A stretch of DNA of 64,000 nt from an uncultured virus (IMG/VR IMGVR_UViG_3300031673_008321) (lineage: Duplodnaviria; Heunggongvirae; Uroviricota; Caudoviricetes), in the IMG/VR virus record IMGVR_UViG_3300031673_008321; one strand, written 5' to 3'. The stretch's first letter is position 1. The number at the start of each line of letters is the position of its first letter. Below, one piece after another: positions 58,147-64,000 of this stretch. The notes beneath the pieces are model-generated. The model was given only the letters and a program-made list of their open reading frames with translations, ran no database searches and had not been told where the DNA came from. Both the position numbers and the translations under genes were made by a program.

Positions 58147-58174
58147 TAGCAAATTTGATTTTATATTCTATAAT
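58147..58174 (+). promoter_or_regulatory. Phage promoter motif copy 7, upstream of the prkA operon
   Basis: TTTATCTAGCAAATTTGATTTTATATTCTATAATA, 16-nt spacer. Confidence 0.78.
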
Positions 58175-58225
58175 ATTATAAAGGTTATTAGTATAGCTGA
58201 CAATGTATATAGGGGAGTAAAAAGA

Positions 58226-58357
58226 ATGCCGAAAACTACTGAAAATTATTATCACGTTCCTGTTGCGGATATTTCTGTAGAAGCTATTTCTTTGGTAAAA
58301 GATATACAAGATTTTTATAGAGAATCAAAAAAAGAAGTGTTGCAAACTTTGGACTAG
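58226..58357 (+). CDS. 43-aa hypothetical peptide
   Basis: GGGGAG RBS; lies between the promoter and prkA. Confidence 0.5.
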   Translation: MPKTTENYYHVPVADISVEAISLVKDIQDFYRESKKEVLQTLD

Positions 58358-58374
58358 TTGGAAAGGAGAAAACC

Positions 58375-60330
58375 ATGAACGATTTCAAAGACATTATTTG
58401 TGAACAGCAGGAGTGCAAGAAAGTCGAAGACTGGGAAGGTACTGTACTTGATTACCTATACAAGGTTCAAGAAAATTCTGGAATTGCTACTTTTGCACCT
58501 GGGCGTATATATAATATGGTAATTGCTCATGGATGTGATAAAGTCGATGAATCGCTTAAGTTAAGGGGGTACGATGATTTAGTAACCTATAAATTTTTTG
58601 ACGGTAATATTTTTGGAACCTTGGAATCTTTACATGATATAATGAGGTTCTTAAAAGCTGCTGCTCGTCGTACAGAAACAGGAAAAAGAATTCTTATCAT
58701 GGTTGGGCCTGTTAGTAGTGGTAAATCCACTATTGCTGCTCTATTAAAAAGAGGGCTGGAACAAGATAGTGTACCTAAATTTGTATTAAAGAATTGCCCG
58801 ATGCATGAAGAGCCTTTGCATGCTATTCCTTTGTTAGATCGGAAATATTGGGAAGACAAGCTAGGTATTAAAATTGAAGGAACGCTTTGTCCAGTATGCC
58901 AACAGAGATTAGATGATGAATTTACTGAAGAGGGCGTATCTCGTTGGGACAAATTAGAAGTTGAATCTATTAAATTTTCAGAACAAAAGCGTTTAGGTAT
59001 AGGCACATTTCAACCAAGTGATCCCAAGTCCCAGGATGTTACTGAACTTATTGGAAAAGTTAACATGTCGAAAGTAGCTCGATTTGGGGATACAGACCCC
59101 AGGGCTTTTCAATTTGACGGTGAATTGCAGGTAGCTAATGGTGGTTTGATTGAAATGATTGAACTTTTAAAAACTGACATTAAATTACAGTATGTACTAA
59201 TTTCTTTGGCTCAGGAACAAGTTATTAAATCTCCCGGCTTTCCTCAAATCTATGTAGATACTCTTATTTTAGCCCACACAAACCAGACTGAGTTTGATTC
59301 GTTTAGGTCTGATAAAAAGAACGAAGCATTGCATGATAGGATGTATCCCATCATGGTTCCGTGGAATTTGAGAGTAAGTGATGAGATTAAAATCTACGAA
59401 AAAATGATTAATGAATCTGATTTTAGGAATATTCATATAGCTCCACACACTTTGAAAGTGGCTGCTGAGTTCGCAGTGCTTTCTAGGATGGTTGATTCGA
59501 GCAAGGTGTCAAGTAAAATTGAAAAAATGAAGCTTTATAATGGTGAAATTACTGAAGGTTTTAAGCAATCTGATATAGATGTAAAGGCAGTAAGACAAGA
59601 AGGCAAAGACAAGGGTGAAGGTATGTCTGGTATTTCGCCGAGGTTTATAATTAATGCTCTTAACGTAGCCCTTGGTAGTAAAGAAGAAAAGAAATGTGTC
59701 AATGCTATTGACATAATTAGATATCTAAGAGATAACTTTGATCATCATATTGGTATTGCTGAAGAAGACAAGGAGAGGTTTCTAAATCTTTTAATCGGTG
59801 ACAAAGATTCTGTTAGTGCTGAGTATAAAGAGGTGGCTAAAAAGGAAGTTAATATGGCTTTCTTGTATGCCTATGAGGAACAAGCAAACACGTTGTTCGA
59901 TAATTACATGAGAAATGTCACATCTGTTTGTAAGAAAGAAAAGGTATATGACTCTATTACAGGGGAATATTCTGATGCTGACGAGAAGTTGATGAGATCT
60001 ATCGAGGAATTAGTTCCTGGTGGGGTGCCAGAAAATTCTAAGAATGAATTCCGTAATGGTATTTTTGTACATAAATCATCAGCGCTAGAAAAAGGCAAAA
60101 AATTTTCTTATAAGAATTACCCGCCATTGAAAGACGCTATTGAAAAGAAACTTATGGGAGACCTTAAATCAGTAGTAAGTCTTTCGTTAGCTGATACCAC
60201 TATTACAGATCCTAAGGCTGGTAGGCGTAGACAAAAAGCATTGACAACCCTACTAAAAAATGGATATTGTAAAGAGTGTGCTAATATGTTGTTATCATTT
60301 ATCGGTGAGGTTTTAAGGAAAGAAGAATAA
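58375..60330 (+). CDS. prkA: PrkA/YeaG AAA+ serine-kinase family protein
   Basis: GPVSSGKST, CPMHEEPL, GTFQPSDPKSQD, DPRAF..DGEL..ANGG, AHTN..E, EAL.DR, EGMSGISPRF. Confidence 0.95.
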   Translation: MNDFKDIICEQQECKKVEDWEGTVLDYLYKVQENSGIATFAPGRIYNMVIAHGCDKVDESLKLRGYDDLVTYKFFDGNIFGTLESLHDIMRFLKAAARRTETGKRILIMVGPVSSGKSTIAALLKRGLEQDSVPKFVLKNCPMHEEPLHAIPLLDRKYWEDKLGIKIEGTLCPVCQQRLDDEFTEEGVSRWDKLEVESIKFSEQKRLGIGTFQPSDPKSQDVTELIGKVNMSKVARFGDTDPRAFQFDGELQVANGGLIEMIELLKTDIKLQYVLISLAQEQVIKSPGFPQIYVDTLILAHTNQTEFDSFRSDKKNEALHDRMYPIMVPWNLRVSDEIKIYEKMINESDFRNIHIAPHTLKVAAEFAVLSRMVDSSKVSSKIEKMKLYNGEITEGFKQSDIDVKAVRQEGKDKGEGMSGISPRFIINALNVALGSKEEKKCVNAIDIIRYLRDNFDHHIGIAEEDKERFLNLLIGDKDSVSAEYKEVAKKEVNMAFLYAYEEQANTLFDNYMRNVTSVCKKEKVYDSITGEYSDADEKLMRSIEELVPGGVPENSKNEFRNGIFVHKSSALEKGKKFSYKNYPPLKDAIEKKLMGDLKSVVSLSLADTTITDPKAGRRRQKALTTLLKNGYCKECANMLLSFIGEVLRKEE

Positions 60331-60364
60331 TGTACAGGGATTGCTGTAAATACCGGAGGATAAT

Positions 60365-61744
60365 ATGGCGATAGTTAATCATCCAGATTGGGATTTGTCC
60401 GAGCGTGGTAAAAAAGACGCTGAGAGGCATCGCAAAAAGATAGACGACGCTATTCGGAAGAACGTTAAGGATGTTATTTCTGAAGAGTCCATTATAACTC
60501 GTAAAAAGGGTAAGAAAGTAAGAGTACCAGTTAAAGGGTTAAAAGACTACAGATTTGTACATGGAGGCAAAAAAGGTAAGGCCGAGGGTGATGGTGACGG
60601 CGATGGTGAAGGTGCTGGTCAGGGACAGGGTAAGCCTGGAGATATAATAGGTAGAAGACAAAAAAAGGGCGATGGTAAGGGCAAAGATGGCAAAGCCGGA
60701 GATCAACCCGGCGAAGATTATCTTGAAACTGAAGTTTCTATAGATTATCTTATAGAAATAATGTTCGAAGACCTTGGATTACCTTGGATAGAAGAGAAAA
60801 CAAGAGCTAGTCAACTGGTGCCAAGTGGTTGGAAATTTGAAACTATTTCTAAGAAGGGGATATTTCCCAGAGTTCATAAAAAGCGCACCATGTTGGAAGC
60901 TATTAAGCGCAATGAATTATACGCTAAAGAGATAGAAGAAGAAACAGGGTGCAATCATGATGATGCCTTGAGAGCTTTGACTCAAGCTAAAGGCGACATA
61001 AATGATGCTATTGATATAATTAACAAAAACGAACTCGATATGTCGCTTGATCCTTATGTTGTAGTAGAAGACGGGGACATGAGGTATAAGCAAATTGAGG
61101 AGGATTATGAACTACATTCTAACGCAGTAGTTATTGCTATGATGGATACAAGCGGGAGTATGACTACTGATAAGAAGTACTTGTGCAGATCATTATTGTT
61201 TTGGCTGACAGAATTTCTAAAGAAAGTATATGACCATGTGGATATTAAGTTTGTCACACACACCACTGATGCTAAATTAGTAGATGAAGATACTTTTTTC
61301 CACAAGGGGGAGAGCGGCGGCACTTATTGTTGGACTGCTGTTGACAAAGCCCTTTACCTAATAGATACAGAATATCCTGTAGACGAGTGGAACGTGTACA
61401 CGATTTATATGTCCGATGGTGACGATTTTGATGCTGATAAGACTATTAGATATATAGAAGAGTTGTTGAAACGAAAAATCAGTATGTTTGCTTACACTGA
61501 AGTTGATCCTGGCAGAGACGCTGGCAACGCTGACGCTGATCAAACACCTGCCTGGGGATTACTGTGGAGTTCAGGTAATACACTAATAAAGAAAATAAAA
61601 GAGAAATGGAAATTTGTTTGTAAAAAAGAAGAGGGCACAGAGTTTTGTAAGAATGAAGAAGAACACTTTTTGTTGTCTGTTATAACAGATAAATCCCAGG
61701 TCTACCCCGTATTACGTCACATACTTTTTAAGGAAGATATATGA
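60365..61744 (+). CDS. yeaH: YeaH/YhbH (DUF444) vWA-domain protein
   Basis: DAERHR, Gly-rich linker, FEDLGLP, MMDTSGSM (MIDAS), ESGGT, WNVY...SDGD. Confidence 0.92.
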   Translation: MAIVNHPDWDLSERGKKDAERHRKKIDDAIRKNVKDVISEESIITRKKGKKVRVPVKGLKDYRFVHGGKKGKAEGDGDGDGEGAGQGQGKPGDIIGRRQKKGDGKGKDGKAGDQPGEDYLETEVSIDYLIEIMFEDLGLPWIEEKTRASQLVPSGWKFETISKKGIFPRVHKKRTMLEAIKRNELYAKEIEEETGCNHDDALRALTQAKGDINDAIDIINKNELDMSLDPYVVVEDGDMRYKQIEEDYELHSNAVVIAMMDTSGSMTTDKKYLCRSLLFWLTEFLKKVYDHVDIKFVTHTTDAKLVDEDTFFHKGESGGTYCWTAVDKALYLIDTEYPVDEWNVYTIYMSDGDDFDADKTIRYIEELLKRKISMFAYTEVDPGRDAGNADADQTPAWGLLWSSGNTLIKKIKEKWKFVCKKEEGTEFCKNEEEHFLLSVITDKSQVYPVLRHILFKEDI

Positions 61745-62505
61745 CACAAAAGTTATCTATTGACTATGTAAAAGAAGAATCAAAAAAAAGAGGGTCCGAA
61801 TGTGTGTCGTATAATTATAAAAATGCCCTGACCAAGCTTAAATTTAGATGTAGTAGGGGTCACATTTTTGAGTCGTCTTGGAACTCTATTCAGCAAGGCC
61901 AGGGGTGTGGGTCATGTAAATACGAAAACACGTCTTTGGGTATGAGAGGCAAAAAACATTATTTTTGGAATGGTGGGTATAGACAAAGAGGTGTACCTAC
62001 TTACGAAACTTATGCCGAACAAATTTCTTATGCAGAGAATGTTAGGAGAAATTCTAATGATAAAAACATATTAGAAGTTAAATGCGCTTACTGCGGGCAA
62101 TGGTTTACTCCATCTATACCAAATTTAAATAGTAGAATCCAATCTCTTAAAGGCAATGCGTTAGGAGAACATAGGCTTTATTGCTCAAACGGTTGTAAGA
62201 AGGCTTGTCCTATATTTGGGCAGTATAAATATCCAAAAGGGTTTAAGCCAGCAACTTCCCGAGAAGTTCAGCCACAATTAAGGCAGATGGTTTTGAAGCG
62301 GGACGATTACACTTGCCAAAAATGTGATAAAATGATAGATGCGGTAGAATTGCACTGCCATCATATAGATCCGGTTGCCAATAATCCTATAGAATCGGCA
62401 GATACAGATAACTGTATAACTTTTTGTAAAGATTGTCACAAAGAAGTTCATAAACAAAGTGGGTGTAAATATCATGAATTAAGATGTACTGAAAAGGTGG
62501 TCTAA
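61741..62505 (+). CDS. HNH homing endonuclease inserted in the prkA operon
   Basis: One zinc-ribbon repeat, WNGG linker, and an HNH domain closely matching that of 42424..43533. Confidence 0.85.
   Translation: MTQKLSIDYVKEESKKRGSECVSYNYKNALTKLKFRCSRGHIFESSWNSIQQGQGCGSCKYENTSLGMRGKKHYFWNGGYRQRGVPTYETYAEQISYAENVRRNSNDKNILEVKCAYCGQWFTPSIPNLNSRIQSLKGNALGEHRLYCSNGCKKACPIFGQYKYPKGFKPATSREVQPQLRQMVLKRDDYTCQKCDKMIDAVELHCHHIDPVANNPIESADTDNCITFCKDCHKEVHKQSGCKYHELRCTEKVV
62233..62488 (+). repeat. Copy B of the 256-bp HNH-domain repeat (copy A 43258-43513)
   Basis: Encodes PKGFKPATSREVQPQLRQ...GCKYHELRC, as in copy A. Confidence 0.85.
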
Positions 62506-64000
62506 TGACAAATAATGATTTGAAAAGATTAATTAAAATAGAAGATAGGATAAAACAGATATTTCACGAGGATTTAGGATTGACATCCTATCCAATAGAA
62601 TTTGATATAGTTCCTCCACAAAAAATGTTGGAGGTTATGGCGTATAACATCCCAACTAATATATCAAACTGGAAAAAAGGCCGCGACTATGAAATTCAAC
62701 GCACAAGATATGAATATGCTGCTGCGGGACTACCTTATGAAGTAGTTATTAACGCTGATCCTGCAAGAGCTTACCTTATGAATAACAACAAGTTTTCGGT
62801 GCAGTGCTTGGTTATGGCTCATGTTTATGGCCATGCTGCATTTTTTACACATAATAAATTTTTCCAAAATTCGAGGCGCGATATAATAGCAGCAATGAAA
62901 GCTGCCTCTGAAAGATTTAATAAATATGAAAAGCGATTTGGTGTGGATGAAGTAGAAAAAACTGTGGACGCAGGACATGCTTTACAATTCCATTCAAGCC
63001 CTTTCGCTTCCAATGAAACTGAAAAAGAAAAACGTAAAAAAATATTTGAACAAGAGAAGAAAAAAGCTCACACTCATGGTGGTACTTTTGGAGATTTGAC
63101 CGGTACTGTTATAGCTGAGATTAATGAAGATTTAGAACTATTCAACCAAAAGTTGTGGCGCAAATTGAGGTTAAAAACACCAATAGAACCAACTGATGAT
63201 TTACTAAGATATATTATTGACAATTCTACACTGTTAGAAGATTGGCAACAAGATATTTTAGAAGTATTAAGGATGGAAGGACAATACTATTGGCCCATCA
63301 TCAAGACTAAATTCATGAATGAGGGGTTTGCCGTAGTAGTTCATGAAAAGATAATGACTAAGCTATTTGAAGAGGATTTACTTACCAGTGCAGAACACGC
63401 GGATTTTAATTATTCTAACTCATTAGTTAAAGCCAGCAATCCTTTTGGACTTAATCCATATTTGATTGGTTCTTCAATGTGGCGTGATATAGAAGATAGG
63501 TGGGACAGAGGTTGTCATGGAAGTGATTGGTCGGAGTGTAAAAATGCCCAGGTTAAAGAAAATTGGGATACAAAAGATATGGTAGGCTGGCAGAAGTGCA
63601 AAGAAATTATGGAGATAAATTCTGATTGGTTTTTTATGCAAGAATTTTTAACTTCCGAGCTTATAAGAGATATAAAAATTTATGTGTTTGCTGCTAAGGA
63701 CGCTGGGCAAACCATAGACTACATTATAACTAAAGATACAGCGGAGGAAATCCGTCTAAAAATATTAGATGCCTTCGCTCAGAATACTACCCCAAGTATT
63801 GATATCGTTAATGGTAATTATGAGGAAAAGGGTTGGTTAGAATTAAAACATAACTGGGTCGGTGTTGATCTTGAAGAAACATATGCAAAAGAAACTATGA
63901 GGCATATGGCTTATTTGTGGGGTAGAGCGGTGGTACTTGGTACTGAAGAAGGGGAATTCAAGTGGGGCTCAAAAGAAAAAGTTAAGAAAATAAGCTGGAA
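62505..64000 (+). CDS. spoVR: SpoVR/YcgB family protein, 3'-truncated (absent from the ORF track)
   Basis: ATG at 62505 overlaps the HNH stop; reads MTNNDLKRL...W..G..Y...LPYEVVIN.DP..AYLM.NN...LVMAHVYGH..FF...LEDWQQDIL...TKFMNEGFA...LNPYLIG; open at the window end. Confidence 0.92.
   Translation, partial: MTNNDLKRLIKIEDRIKQIFHEDLGLTSYPIEFDIVPPQKMLEVMAYNIPTNISNWKKGRDYEIQRTRYEYAAAGLPYEVVINADPARAYLMNNNKFSVQCLVMAHVYGHAAFFTHNKFFQNSRRDIIAAMKAASERFNKYEKRFGVDEVEKTVDAGHALQFHSSPFASNETEKEKRKKIFEQEKKKAHTHGGTFGDLTGTVIAEINEDLELFNQKLWRKLRLKTPIEPTDDLLRYIIDNSTLLEDWQQDILEVLRMEGQYYWPIIKTKFMNEGFAVVVHEKIMTKLFEEDLLTSAEHADFNYSNSLVKASNPFGLNPYLIGSSMWRDIEDRWDRGCHGSDWSECKNAQVKENWDTKDMVGWQKCKEIMEINSDWFFMQEFLTSELIRDIKIYVFAAKDAGQTIDYIITKDTAEEIRLKILDAFAQNTTPSIDIVNGNYEEKGWLELKHNWVGVDLEETYAKETMRHMAYLWGRAVVLGTEEGEFKWGSKEKVKKISW

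Larger units (their letters stand above)
1..64000 (+). mobile_element. Segment of a large dsDNA bacteriophage genome (replication, glycan-synthesis, nucleotide-metabolism and auxiliary modules)
   Basis: All credible genes are co-oriented and densely overlapping. Self-contained replisome, free-standing homing endonucleases, many small orphans and a repeated private promoter. No ribosomal or housekeeping operons. No capsid or terminase gene in the window, so the phage call is inferred. Confidence 0.85.

Noticed and set aside
60331..60350. Hairpin TACAG-GGATTG-CTGTA between prkA and yeaH
   Set aside because: 5-bp stem with no T-tract; could arise by chance.
2408..63013. All minus-strand ORFs in the track (e.g. 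32982-33473, 55811-56404, 58587-59006)
   Set aside because: They lie antisense to well-supported + strand genes and show no recognisable motifs.
1..64000. Alternative genetic code (stop-codon reassignment)
   Set aside because: Conserved genes are full-length in the standard code and end at TAA, TAG and TGA; coding density is already high.

Overview
This window is best read as 64 kb of a large, AT-rich dsDNA bacteriophage genome (inference). Every credible gene lies on the + strand, genes are tightly packed with overlapping start/stop codons, Shine-Dalgarno sites and TATAAT boxes point to a bacterial host, and no capsid or terminase gene falls inside the window. From 5' to 3': (1) the end of a putative virion fibre gene with a ~165-codon poly-Ser/Glu tract, which the ORF track reads in the wrong frame; (2) a replication/recombination block (thymidylate synthase, beta clamp, RecA, DnaB, DnaG, RuvC-like resolvase, Cas4/RecB-like nuclease); (3) a ~21 kb, 23-gene block of apparently soluble glycan-synthesis enzymes (11 glycosyltransferases, one with an intein; 5 SAM methyltransferases; GalE, UDP-xylose synthase, Gmd, WecB, heptose kinase, KdsC-like, radical SAM) with no flippase, polymerase or initiating transferase; (4) DnaX clamp loader, family A DNA polymerase, nucleotide metabolism (dUTPase, NrdJ, dCMP deaminase), RNase HII, Pth2, an RlaP-like nucleotidyltransferase, four DNA methyltransferases including a complete PmeII-like restriction-modification pair, and MetAP; (5) a PrkA/YeaG-YeaH-SpoVR operon running off the end. 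A promoter motif (TAGCAA-N16-TATAAT) occurs 7 times with identical spacing, and several intergenic stretches fold by eye into structured RNAs with pseudoknots. The lead hypothesis is a phage-encoded system that O-glycosylates and methylates a serine-rich virion protein. All product calls come from motif recognition by eye; no searches were run.
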